From an uncultured Desulfatitalea sp. (lineage in GTDB: Bacteria > Desulfobacterota > Desulfobacteria > Desulfobacterales > Desulfosarcinaceae): DNA of 64,000 nt. Under the pieces are notes generated by a model, which worked only from the letters and a program-made list of their open reading frames with translations, made no database searches and was not told the DNA's origin. The DNA lies in the NCBI GenBank assembly GCA_963668675.2, contig CAXXMB010000002.1:2688001-2752000 (forward strand), read 5' to 3'. The stretch's first letter is position 1; each line of letters begins with the position of its first letter. The position numbers and the translations under genes are program-made. Shown here in pieces: positions 29,927 to 39,082 of the stretch.

Positions 29927-32254
29927 TTATGCTTTCACGCCTTGAGGTATGCCGTGCCCCAATCTCTCCTCCATATTTCCGATCTGTCGCATGACCCAGA
30001 TTGCAATCAGAAAGTGTGCGAATAAAACCGCGACCCATATCGATGAAGTAATGGGATGACGGCCGATGGTGGCGATCTGATAAAAGAGCACCGATGCCAT
30101 GTAGGCCAGTCCCGTGGTCCAGGCTCCCACGAAAACTGTCCATTTAAGATCGGTTTCACGGTAGACAGCGGCGATGGCGGCCACACATGGGAAGTAGAGC
30201 AGAATGAAAAGCAGATAGGCGAAGGCGCCGATTTTACCGTCAAAAAGTTGTGTCATGGCGCCGAAGGTGCCAACGGATACCTCCTGTGCTTCAGCTGCGG
30301 ACTCTATCGTGCTTACATCCCCCACAGAGAGTCCCAGAGGGTCGATCACGGTATCGGCAACCCCGACCAGGTTTTCGGGTATGGTCGCAAAGGAGGCTTG
30401 GATGCCCCCCCAGAAGTCGAAGGCTGACACCTCTTCAGGTGATGCTTCGCGCGAAGCGCCGATTTGCGTGTACATGGCATCCAGGGTGCCGACCACCGCC
30501 TCCTTTGCGAAGATACCGGTGAAAATGCCCACCGTGGCCGGCCAGTTCTCCCGGGTAATGCCCATTGGCGTAAACACAGGCGTAATAGCCTTGCCGATAG
30601 TGCTCAGCACGGAAGCGTCGCTATCTTCATTCCCGAACGTACCGTCTGTTCCCATCGAATTGAGAAAGCTGAGGATGACCACGACCGGAATGATCACTTT
30701 GCCCGCTTTTAAGATAAAGGCCTTGAGCCGGTCCCAGGCCCGCAGAAGCACCCCCTTGACCGTAGGCAGGTGATAGGGCGGCAGCTCCATCACGAACGGG
30801 GTGATGTCGCCTTTGAGCAGGGTGTTCTTCAAAATCAGGCCGGTGACAACGGCAAATCCGATGCCCAGCAGGTAGAGGCCGAAGACGAGGTTTTGTCCGC
30901 CGACAGGGAAAAATGCGGCGGCGAAAAGGGCATAGACCGGCAAGCGCGCCCCGCACGACATGAACGGGTTCATCATGATCGTCAGGGTGCGGTCGCGCTG
31001 GTTCTCCAGGGTGCGCGTGGCCATGACGGCAGGTACATTGCAGCCGAATCCGACCAACATCGGGACGAAGGCCTTGCCTGGCAGTCCGATGATGCGCATG
31101 AAGCGATCCATGACAAACGCGGCCCGCGACATGTAACCGGAGTCTTCCAGCAAGCAGAGACAGAGGAACATGAAACCAATCGGCGGAATAAAGGTGGCGA
31201 TGGTTTGGATACCGCCGCCGAGGCCCCCGGCGACAACGGCGATCAGCCACTCGGGCGACCCTATTGCGGAGAGGAACTCGCCCACGCCGTCCACGAAAAT
31301 GGTGCCGGCGAAGATGTCGAAAAAATCGATGAAGGCACCGCCGAGGTTGATGGTCACCATGAACATCAGGTACATGGTCGCCAGGAAGATGGGAATGCCC
31401 AGGCCCCTGTTGAGAACAACACGGTCTATGCGGTCAGAAAGGGTCCTGCTGGCACGGTTGGTCTTATTAACCACCCCCTCGGTTAGCCATCCGATCAGGC
31501 TGTAGCGGCTGTCGGCCAGCAGGATATCGGCCTCTTCGTCGAGCGCCGCTTCAATATGCTTCAGGTGGGTATCGCGCCTTTTCAGTATATCCGGGCCGAC
31601 CAAGCCACCGATCGTCTCATCACCCTCAAGCAGTTTGACGGCGGCATAGTCGGGATGCATTTTTTTATACAGCAATGCGTCCCGCACCAGCGGCACCAAC
31701 GCGTCAACTGCTTCCTGAATCTCTACAGGATAGACCACTTCAAGCGGCGAGACGGTCTTGCTGTCAGCGCTGCGATTGATCTGGGCACGCAGTTCGTTTA
31801 CTCCCTTTCCCCGGGAGGCTGTCAGGGGGACGATGGGACAGCCCAGGCGGCGACCTATCTCCGCCAAATCAATATCGATGTGCCGATCCCTGGCCACATC
31901 CATCATGTTCAGGGCGACCACCATCGGAACGCGCATTTCCAGGAGCTGGACCGTAAGGTAAAGGTTCCTTTCGATGTTGGAGGCATCCACGATATTGACA
32001 ATGAGATCCGGTTCACCCGACAAGATATAGTCGCGAGCCGCCTCCTCATCCACAGACGTAGCGGATAGGGAATAGATGCCGGGCAGGTCCACCACCTCGA
32101 CGGTTTTCCCATCGTAGTTATAGTCGCCCGATTTTCGGTCGACTGTGACACCAGGCCAGTTGCCCACGCGCTGCTTGGCCCCGGTGAGGGCGTTGAACAG
32201 GGTTGTCTTGCCGCAATTGGGGTTGCCCACTACTCCAATCAAATAGTCCTTCAT
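29927..32254 (-). CDS. feoB: Ferrous iron transporter B
   Basis: GNPNCGKTT, VGNWPGVTV, DLPGIYS, NMMD, GFGCNVP, MSCGARLP. Confidence 0.97.
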   Translation of the reverse strand: MKDYLIGVVGNPNCGKTTLFNALTGAKQRVGNWPGVTVDRKSGDYNYDGKTVEVVDLPGIYSLSATSVDEEAARDYILSGEPDLIVNIVDASNIERNLYLTVQLLEMRVPMVVALNMMDVARDRHIDIDLAEIGRRLGCPIVPLTASRGKGVNELRAQINRSADSKTVSPLEVVYPVEIQEAVDALVPLVRDALLYKKMHPDYAAVKLLEGDETIGGLVGPDILKRRDTHLKHIEAALDEEADILLADSRYSLIGWLTEGVVNKTNRASRTLSDRIDRVVLNRGLGIPIFLATMYLMFMVTINLGGAFIDFFDIFAGTIFVDGVGEFLSAIGSPEWLIAVVAGGLGGGIQTIATFIPPIGFMFLCLCLLEDSGYMSRAAFVMDRFMRIIGLPGKAFVPMLVGFGCNVPAVMATRTLENQRDRTLTIMMNPFMSCGARLPVYALFAAAFFPVGGQNLVFGLYLLGIGFAVVTGLILKNTLLKGDITPFVMELPPYHLPTVKGVLLRAWDRLKAFILKAGKVIIPVVVILSFLNSMGTDGTFGNEDSDASVLSTIGKAITPVFTPMGITRENWPATVGIFTGIFAKEAVVGTLDAMYTQIGASREASPEEVSAFDFWGGIQASFATIPENLVGVADTVIDPLGLSVGDVSTIESAAEAQEVSVGTFGAMTQLFDGKIGAFAYLLFILLYFPCVAAIAAVYRETDLKWTVFVGAWTTGLAYMASVLFYQIATIGRHPITSSIWVAVLFAHFLIAIWVMRQIGNMEERLGHGIPQGVKA

Positions 32255-32493
32255 GACAGCTCCTTTCTTTCCACCATCAATGCAGATGCTTCGTCCCTTC
32301 TGAGAGAGAGGGCGAATCCCCGTACCTGGATCTCCACCGGATCCCCCATTGGGGCGATACGTTCGACCGTAAATTGTGTGCCGCGGGTCAGGCCCATGGC
32401 CAGTAGCTTTTCTCTATACGCGGATGCCCCCTTGGTATAGCCGGACACCGTGCCGGACTCACCAACGAACATCTGTTGCAGTGATGCTTTCAT
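32251..32493 (-). CDS. feoA: Ferrous iron transport protein A
   Basis: KLLAMGL..G, APMGDP...VRG..LSLR..EA; ATGA overlap with feoB. Confidence 0.93.
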   Translation of the reverse strand: MKASLQQMFVGESGTVSGYTKGASAYREKLLAMGLTRGTQFTVERIAPMGDPVEIQVRGFALSLRRDEASALMVERKELS

Positions 32494-32538
32494 ATCTCTT
32501 CTCCCCATGTTAAGTGATCGATCCATCTACCAGGGCTC

Positions 32539-32591
32539 AAAAAAAAGAAGGCGCAACCGAGCACGTTTGATTCGCGTCGAGTTACGCCTTC
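32539..32591 (-). terminator. Terminator hairpin in the feoA 5' leader (possible attenuator)
   Basis: Minus strand GAAGGCGTAAC...GTTGCGCCTTC then T8, ending 45 nt before the feoA ATG. Confidence 0.75.
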
Positions 32592-32642
32592 ACTTTCTTT
32601 GCGCCTTTACAGGCCAAAGACCGTAAGAACTACCTCAAAATG

Positions 32643-32701
32643 TTAGGTGCACAAAATTTAATTGGGCTCTACAAATGCCACCCCAATACTGGTACTGTCA
32701 A
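32643..32701 (-). promoter_or_regulatory. Putative feoA promoter with tandem DtxR-type boxes
   Basis: Minus-strand TTGACA (32696-32701); boxes TTAGGTGCACAAAA (32643) and TTGGGCTCTACAAA (32662). Confidence 0.55.
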
Positions 32702-32823
32702 GCACTATTTAAGGCGCTTCCTGCTTTTTAAGCAAATATTCCTTGTCGCAGACATTGATGAATGATTCTTCACTATTCTTAATTTTCGAGGAAGGGATAA
32801 CGCCCGTAAGGTTTTCCGCAGTG

Positions 32824-33117
32824 CTAATCCTTACCGATCAGCGTTTGTGTGAGCTTCTTTCTCAGTCGTTCGAGCCGTTTGGATTTAAACGCTTTGCGGC
32901 TCTCCTCCAGCGCCTCGATCGCCTCCTCGACCGCTTTTTCCAACCGAAGTTCCCGCGACCGTTTGGGGCACAGGTCCAGAAGTGGTGCCAGGTTGCGCTC
33001 ATCCACTTCTCCTTCGAGTATAGAGGTCATCAGGCAGCAGTGCATGTCGATACCCTGCTGCAGCTCCTTTGCGCTGGTGTTGAGCGCGTTGATAATATCC
33101 TGTTTGTGTCGTCTCAT
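32824..33117 (-). CDS. Small hypothetical protein (97 aa) with HCC motif and basic helical C-terminus
   Basis: AGGAG RBS; MHCC, DLCP, EAIEALEESRKAFKSKRLERLRKKL. Confidence 0.75.
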   Translation of the reverse strand: MRRHKQDIINALNTSAKELQQGIDMHCCLMTSILEGEVDERNLAPLLDLCPKRSRELRLEKAVEEAIEALEESRKAFKSKRLERLRKKLTQTLIGKD

Positions 33118-33253
33118 TTAGCGTGCTCTCCTAAATAAATTGGTTAATTCAAACGGCTGGCTTGTAAAAGCCTTCGCTATTCATGCCGATTCTGCCAAGA
33201 GAACGGAAAAATTTTTTCACCAAGGGTGCCAGGAAATCGTACCTCGCCAAAAG

Positions 33254-33312
33254 TTAGGCTTACATAACATAAGATGGAACTCCTAATTGCAGAGGGCCCG
33301 CTCATTTGTCAA
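33254..33312 (-). promoter_or_regulatory. Putative promoter with tandem DtxR-type boxes
   Basis: Minus-strand TTGACA (33307-33312); boxes TTAGGCTTACATAA (33254) and GATGGAACTCCTAA (33273); same spacing as upstream of feoA. Confidence 0.55.
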
Positions 33313-33376
33313 GTGCTATTTTTGTTGAACCTGCCGGTCGGACTGTTCTAAAATGCCGAAGCAGAAAGGCGTCCCA

Positions 33377-34066
33377 ATGAAAAAAAGAGTCAATTCGCAG
33401 ACCGCAGAGGACTACCTCAAGAGCATTCATAGCCTCGAAGAGGGAGATGCCAGGGTGAAGACCTCCCTGCTGGCGAAACGGTTGGGGCTCACACCCGGTT
33501 CGGTGACCGATATGTTGAAACGACTCTCCCAGGCCGATCCCGCCCTGATCGACTACCAGCACCATCGGGGAGTAAAATTGACCGACGAGGGAAGGCGTGT
33601 CGCCCTCAGCGTTGTGCGACGGCATCGATTGTTGGAGAGTTTTTTTTATCAGGTGCTGGGCTTTGGCTGGGATGAGGTGCATCAAGAGGCGGAGGTTTTA
33701 GAACACCACCTCTCCGAACGGGTCACCGACGCCCTCGACCGCCTGATGAACCACCCGAAGTTCGATCCCCACGGGGAGGCGATCCCATCCAAGACGGGAA
33801 AGGTGAGGAAGGCTGCTCAGATCTCCCTGTCTGAAGTTGAGGCTGGCGCCACCGTGCGTGTGGTGCGGGTCGATCCGCGCCAGAATGAGATGCTGCAGTA
33901 CCTGGATGAGCTGGGTATCGGTGTCGGAACCCACATCGCCGTCGAGGAGAGGGCACCTTTTAACGGACCGATCCGTCTGCGTATCGGATCGAAAGGGGCT
34001 CGAAGGGTGGAGACGGTGGGGCGTGAAATTTTGGATCATATCTACGTTGCGCCGCTCCGCGCATAA
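33377..34066 (+). CDS. DtxR/IdeR/MntR family metal-dependent repressor with FeoA-like C-domain
   Basis: EDYLKSI, SVTDMLKRL, RRHRLLESF, EAEVLEH, DPHG..IP. Confidence 0.93.
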   Translation: MKKRVNSQTAEDYLKSIHSLEEGDARVKTSLLAKRLGLTPGSVTDMLKRLSQADPALIDYQHHRGVKLTDEGRRVALSVVRRHRLLESFFYQVLGFGWDEVHQEAEVLEHHLSERVTDALDRLMNHPKFDPHGEAIPSKTGKVRKAAQISLSEVEAGATVRVVRVDPRQNEMLQYLDELGIGVGTHIAVEERAPFNGPIRLRIGSKGARRVETVGREILDHIYVAPLRA

Positions 34067-34069
34067 AAA

Positions 34070-34111
34070 TTTTGTAATTCAAAATAAAATTTTTGGTTGA
34101 CCAAATTTTAT
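34070..34111. promoter_or_regulatory. Putative DtxR/TroR-type operator upstream of the tro-like operon
   Basis: Near-palindrome ATAAAATTTTTGGTTGACCAAATTTTAT containing a TTGACC -35-like hexamer. Confidence 0.6.
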
Positions 34112-34327
34112 TCATTCTTACTCTTTGTCCTGTGATTATGGTGATGGCGTTGTTGAAGCGCTCAAACCCCATTTGGGGATGAGCTCCTGAAAACGTAACC
34201 TTACAACATGCCGCACTTGATATATAACCCAGCGGTCATACCTATTACGGGATTCCGGCTTCCGCCAGAATTACGAAAGGCGCTTTCAGGAGCGTATTGT
34301 AATTTTGTCGAAAATAGGAGCTTGAGA

Positions 34328-35326
34328 ATGCGCTTACCAATGCGGTTGTTCAACATTCGTCTTTCAAAATGGTGCTGCATGGCAGTCGCCGCCCTTTGGC
34401 TCGCACTGACGGCTTTGCCATCCTATGGCGCCTACAAGGGCAAGTACCCTTACAAAGCGGTGGCCACCGTGGGCATGGTGGCTGACATTGTGAAGGAGGT
34501 GGCTGGCGATAGGGCCGTGGTGGAGCATATTATCGGCGCCGGTGTCGATCCCCATGTTTACAACCCCACGCGCGGCGATGTGGCCCTGCTGCTGAAGTCG
34601 GACATCGTATTCTATTCCGGCTTGCTGCTCGAAGGTCAAATGTCCGATATTCTAATTAAGGTCTCCCGCCGGAGACCGGCGCATGCTGTTACCGAATTGT
34701 TGCAAAAGGTCTATCTGATCGATAACGCCGCGTCGGGCCATCTCGATCCGCACGTCTGGATGGATGTGGCCGGATGGGAAAAAGCCGTCACCGTGGTGGC
34801 CGAAGCGCTGGTTGCATTCGATCCGGCCAATGGTGATCTTTACCGGAGCAATGCCGCCCGCTACCAGGCCGAGCTGAAGCAACTCGACGCCTATGCGCGC
34901 CGGGTGATCGCTTCCATCCCCAAGGAGCAGCGCATCCTGGTGACGGCCCACGATGCCTTCAACTACATGGGCCGGGCTTACGGGATCGAGGTGTTGGGCA
35001 TCCAGGGGCTCTCCACCGAATCGGAGGCCGGACTGAAGGACATCAACAGCATCGTGGACGAACTGGTGCGTCGGCGCATTCCGGCGGTCTTTGTCGAGAC
35101 CAGTGTCTCCGATAAGAACGTCAAGGCCTTGATCGAAGGGGCAGCCTCCCGCGGGCACACGGTGATAATCGGCGGCGAACTCTTCTCCGACGCCATGGGA
35201 GCGGCGGGTACATATGAAGGTACCTACATGGGCATGATCGACCACAACATCACCATCATCGCCCGGGCATTGGGCGGGCAGGCACCCGAGAAGGGGATGA
35301 ACGGGAAACTTAAGGGTGGACACTGA
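34328..35326 (+). CDS. troA: Mn/Fe/Zn ABC substrate-binding protein, TroA-like
   Basis: GVDPHVY, GLLLEG, DPHVWMD, TAHDAF.Y, LFSDAMG. Confidence 0.88.
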   Translation: MRLPMRLFNIRLSKWCCMAVAALWLALTALPSYGAYKGKYPYKAVATVGMVADIVKEVAGDRAVVEHIIGAGVDPHVYNPTRGDVALLLKSDIVFYSGLLLEGQMSDILIKVSRRRPAHAVTELLQKVYLIDNAASGHLDPHVWMDVAGWEKAVTVVAEALVAFDPANGDLYRSNAARYQAELKQLDAYARRVIASIPKEQRILVTAHDAFNYMGRAYGIEVLGIQGLSTESEAGLKDINSIVDELVRRRIPAVFVETSVSDKNVKALIEGAASRGHTVIIGGELFSDAMGAAGTYEGTYMGMIDHNITIIARALGGQAPEKGMNGKLKGGH

Positions 35327-35387
35327 GAAGAAGTGGCAAAGTGTGAAAATAGGAAAGCGGTGCTATTCTACCTGATTGGAGGGGCGT

Positions 35388-36224
35388 ATGTTTAGCTTAT
35401 TTGAATCGAAGCGTGAGACGATTGTCGAACAGGAGCCCTTTCCCATCTGGGTGAACGATCTCACCGTGGCGTACCATCGCAAACCGGTGCTGTGGGACGT
35501 GGACCTGACCCTCCCCGAAGGCAAACTCATCGCGGTGGTGGGGCCCAATGGCGCCGGCAAGAGCACCCTGATCAAATCGATCCTGGGGCTGGTACCCAGG
35601 GCCACCGGCGACATTCGCATTTACGGGCGCTCTTACGAAGCCCAGCGGCGATTGGTGGGGTATGTGCCCCAACGTGAGAGTGTCGACTGGGACTTTCCGG
35701 TGAGCGCCGCCGATGTGGTGGCCATGGGGCTCTACGGACAGATCGGCTGGATCAAGCCGGTGTCGCGACGCCATCGCGAACAGGCGGTCGAAGAGTTGCG
35801 CAAGGTGGGCATGGAGGCCTATGCCGACCGCCAGATCAGCCAGCTCTCCGGCGGGCAGCAGCAGCGAGTCTTTCTGGCCCGCGCCCTGGCCCAGGATGCG
35901 CGTGTCTACTTTATGGACGAACCGTTCGCCGGCGTAGATGTGGCCACAGAAAAAGCCATCGTGGCTCTGCTCAAGGAGCTAAAAACCGCCGGCAAGACCT
36001 GCGTGGTGGTCCACCACGACCTGCAGACCGTCACCGCCTATTTCGACCATGTCGTGCTGCTCAACATGCGGGTGGTGGCGGCGGGCCCTGTGGAAGAGGT
36101 GTTTACCGAAGAGAACTTGAAAAAGACTTATGGCGGCAAACTGACCCTGCTCAGCCAGGCCCTTCACAAATACGCCCAGCAACCTGTCATAGGGAAGGGC
36201 GGCACCAAAGGGGAGCACCGATGA
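35388..36224 (+). CDS. troB: Metal ABC ATPase, TroB-like
   Basis: GPNGAGKST, YVPQRESVDWDFP, LSGGQQQR, MDEPFAGVD. Confidence 0.9.
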   Translation: MFSLFESKRETIVEQEPFPIWVNDLTVAYHRKPVLWDVDLTLPEGKLIAVVGPNGAGKSTLIKSILGLVPRATGDIRIYGRSYEAQRRLVGYVPQRESVDWDFPVSAADVVAMGLYGQIGWIKPVSRRHREQAVEELRKVGMEAYADRQISQLSGGQQQRVFLARALAQDARVYFMDEPFAGVDVATEKAIVALLKELKTAGKTCVVVHHDLQTVTAYFDHVVLLNMRVVAAGPVEEVFTEENLKKTYGGKLTLLSQALHKYAQQPVIGKGGTKGEHR

Positions 36225-37705
36225 TGCCGATGCTACCATCGCTATCTTCGTTCGTCGGCTGGCGCAGCGCTCTGTTTGCGACCCTGTTGACGATGGGATG
36301 GGCCTCCATCGCCCATGCCGGTGGACTGGCCGGAGAGCAGCTTCAGTGGCCCACCTTGCAAGAGCTGCTGCGTGTGCTGACCCTCCGCGACTACAACACC
36401 CGGGTGGTTATCGTGGGCACCACCCTGCTGGGGCTGGCGGCCGGGCTGAGTGGTACTTTTTTGATCCTTCGCAAGCGTGCCCTGCTCAGCGACACCCTCA
36501 GCCACGCGACCCTGCCCGGCATCGCTTTGGCTTTTATCGTGATGAACCTGCTGCTCGGCGATGGAAAACATCTCATCGGTCTGATCACCGGTGCCGCCAT
36601 CTTCGCGGTGCTGGGCACCAGCTCCGTGCTGCTGATCCAGCGCTACTCGCGCCTGAAGAATGATGCTGCCCTGGGCGTCGTGCTGAGCGTCTATTTCGGC
36701 CTGGGCATTGCCATCATGGGCATTGCGACGCGCATGGCCTCGGGAAATGCCGCCGGTCTCAACTCGTTCATCTACGGGAAAACCGCTTCCATGCTCTTTG
36801 CCGATGCCCTTTTGATCGGCATTACCGCACTTTTGGCAGGCGGACTCTGTCTGCTCTTTTTCAAGGAGTTCTCCCTGATCTGTTTTGACGCCGACTTTGC
36901 CGCCACCCAGGGGTGGCCGGTGGCGCGCCTCGACTTCTTCATGATGACCCTGGTGGTGGTGGTGACCGTGGTGGGATTGCAGGCCGTGGGGTTGATCCTG
37001 GTAGTGGCCCTTCTGATCATCCCGCCGTCGGCGGCCCGCTTCTGGAGCCGGCGTCTGTCGGTCATGCTTGGGCTGTCGGCCGCCTTCGGGGCTGCCAGCG
37101 GCATGATCGGCGCGGGCATCAGTGCTCTGATGGCCAACCTTCCGGCCGGTGCCGTCATCGTGCTGACGGCCGCATCCCTCTTTTTCTTCAGCCTGGTGTT
37201 CGGCACCACCGGCGGGTTGCTCAGGATGGCCCTGGAGCGGTTTCGCCTGAGCAGAAAGGTGATGCGCGAGAACCTGTTGCGTGAACTCTACGAGTGGCAG
37301 GAGAGTGCAGCACCATCGAGCGGGATCGGCTCCGAGCCCTTGCCCCATGCCGGGCCTCATCTGGAAGAGCTGCTGCCCATGCGATCCTGGTCGGCGCACA
37401 TTTTGAAAAGGGGGCTCCGCCAGATGGTGCGCAACCGATGGCTGGAGGCGACAGATAGCGGACGCTACCTTTTTACGGCCGCGGGGCTGGAGCTGGCCCG
37501 GAAGGTGGTGCGCAAACATCGCCTGTGGGAGGCCTATCTGATTACCCATGCCGATACGGCGCCGGGACAGGTGGATTGGGGCGCCGATACCATCGAGCAT
37601 GTGCTCGACGAACGGATCATCGCCGAACTGGAATCCCGACTGCCCGGCCTGGCGCCGCAAAAGGTGCCGGAGAGCCCGCATCTGTTAAGACAAAAACCAG
37701 CATAA
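36221..37705 (+). CDS. troC: Metal ABC permease TroC-like with C-terminal DtxR-like domain
   Basis: DTLSHATLPG; tail RKHRLWEAYL...ADTIEH. Confidence 0.88.
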   Translation: MMPMLPSLSSFVGWRSALFATLLTMGWASIAHAGGLAGEQLQWPTLQELLRVLTLRDYNTRVVIVGTTLLGLAAGLSGTFLILRKRALLSDTLSHATLPGIALAFIVMNLLLGDGKHLIGLITGAAIFAVLGTSSVLLIQRYSRLKNDAALGVVLSVYFGLGIAIMGIATRMASGNAAGLNSFIYGKTASMLFADALLIGITALLAGGLCLLFFKEFSLICFDADFAATQGWPVARLDFFMMTLVVVVTVVGLQAVGLILVVALLIIPPSAARFWSRRLSVMLGLSAAFGAASGMIGAGISALMANLPAGAVIVLTAASLFFFSLVFGTTGGLLRMALERFRLSRKVMRENLLRELYEWQESAAPSSGIGSEPLPHAGPHLEELLPMRSWSAHILKRGLRQMVRNRWLEATDSGRYLFTAAGLELARKVVRKHRLWEAYLITHADTAPGQVDWGADTIEHVLDERIIAELESRLPGLAPQKVPESPHLLRQKPA

Positions 37706-37725
37706 GGTAGATAGGGTTAGAAAAC

Positions 37726-39024
37726 ATGGAGTGGTCATTCATCGACACCTGGATCATCGTCACGGGCATGCTCAGCGCCATGTCCTGTGCCCTGCTGGGC
37801 AACTACCTGGTCCTGCGCCGCATGAGCATGATGGGTGACGCCATCAGTCATGCGGTGCTGCCCGGGCTGGCCATCGCATTTCTGATCAGCGGGAGCCGGG
37901 ACAGTCTGCCCATGCTTGTGGGCGCAGTAGGTGTGGGCGTCTTGACCGCAGTGCTGATCCAGGGCATCAACAAGCTCAGCGGCCTGGACCAGGGTGCCTC
38001 CATGGGGGTGATCTTCACATCTCTCTTTGCGTTAGGGCTGATCCTCATCCGCCAGGCCGCCGACCATGTGGATCTTGACCCCGGTTGCGTCCTCTATGGG
38101 GCCATCGAACTGACGCCCCTGGATGTCTACACCCTTTTCGGATGGGAGGTGCCGCGCGCCGCGCTGACCAACGGGCTCATGCTGCTGGTCAATGTCGGCT
38201 TCGTGGTGATCTTTTTCAAGGAGCTGCGCATCACCTCTTTCGATCCGGCCCTGGCCACCACCATGGGGTTCAATGCCGGCTTGATGCACTATGTGCTCAT
38301 GGGGCTCGTGGCCGCCACCACCATTGCTGCTTTCGAGAGTGTCGGCAGCATTCTCGTGATCGCCATGCTCATTGTGCCCGGCGCCACCGCCCACCTGCTC
38401 ACCGACCGGCTCGACGCCATGCTGGGCATCAGCCTTGTGGTTGCGGCCCTCTCGGCGGTGCTGGGCCATGTGGGCGCTATCACCGTTCCAACCTGGATCG
38501 GATTTCGCGACACCAGCACCGCCGGCATGATGGCCGTGGCCGTGGGCGTCCTGTTTCTGGCCGCATTTCTGTTCGCTCCCCGGCACGGGGTCATCGGTAA
38601 GATGGTGGCCCAGGGCCTTCTCACCCTGAGCATTAACCGCGACGATATACTGGGCATGCTCTATCGTGTCCGCGAGTTGGCCGGCAAGGGGGTGGCTGCG
38701 GTTAAGACCGAGGATCTGCGCAATGCCCTCAAAACCGGCCGATGGGTCCGGTTGGCCCTGATGGACCTGCTGCGAAGCAAGATGGTGCGCCACACCCCTG
38801 AAGGGGTGGTGCTGACGGCGAGCGGACTTACCGCCGCCGCAAACCTGATTCGTTCCCATCGCCTGTGGGAGACCTACCTGTGTGACAAGATGGGCTTCTG
38901 TGATGCGGAGGCCCACTACAGCGCCCACCACTTGGAGCATGTCACAGACAAGGAGATGCAGGAGCGGTTGAAGCGCGCGGCCAACTATCCGACCCAGGAC
39001 CCGCACCAGAAGGCCATCCCCTGA
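37726..39024 (+). CDS. troD: Metal ABC permease TroD-like with C-terminal DtxR-like domain
   Basis: DAISHAVLPG; tail RSHRLWETYL...AHHLEH...DPHQKAIP. Confidence 0.88.
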   Translation: MEWSFIDTWIIVTGMLSAMSCALLGNYLVLRRMSMMGDAISHAVLPGLAIAFLISGSRDSLPMLVGAVGVGVLTAVLIQGINKLSGLDQGASMGVIFTSLFALGLILIRQAADHVDLDPGCVLYGAIELTPLDVYTLFGWEVPRAALTNGLMLLVNVGFVVIFFKELRITSFDPALATTMGFNAGLMHYVLMGLVAATTIAAFESVGSILVIAMLIVPGATAHLLTDRLDAMLGISLVVAALSAVLGHVGAITVPTWIGFRDTSTAGMMAVAVGVLFLAAFLFAPRHGVIGKMVAQGLLTLSINRDDILGMLYRVRELAGKGVAAVKTEDLRNALKTGRWVRLALMDLLRSKMVRHTPEGVVLTASGLTAAANLIRSHRLWETYLCDKMGFCDAEAHYSAHHLEHVTDKEMQERLKRAANYPTQDPHQKAIP

Positions 39025-39082
39025 AGTTCAAGCGATCTGGTGCTGATGGGGATTGACAGCGCTCGCTAAAAGCCCGTCCCGC

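Noticed and set aside
34159..34190. CAAACCCC...GGGG hairpin as a c-di-GMP-I or yybP-ykoY riboswitch
   Set aside because: Lacks the GAAA tetraloop/GCAAAG and GGGGAGTAG signatures; kept only as an unassigned structure
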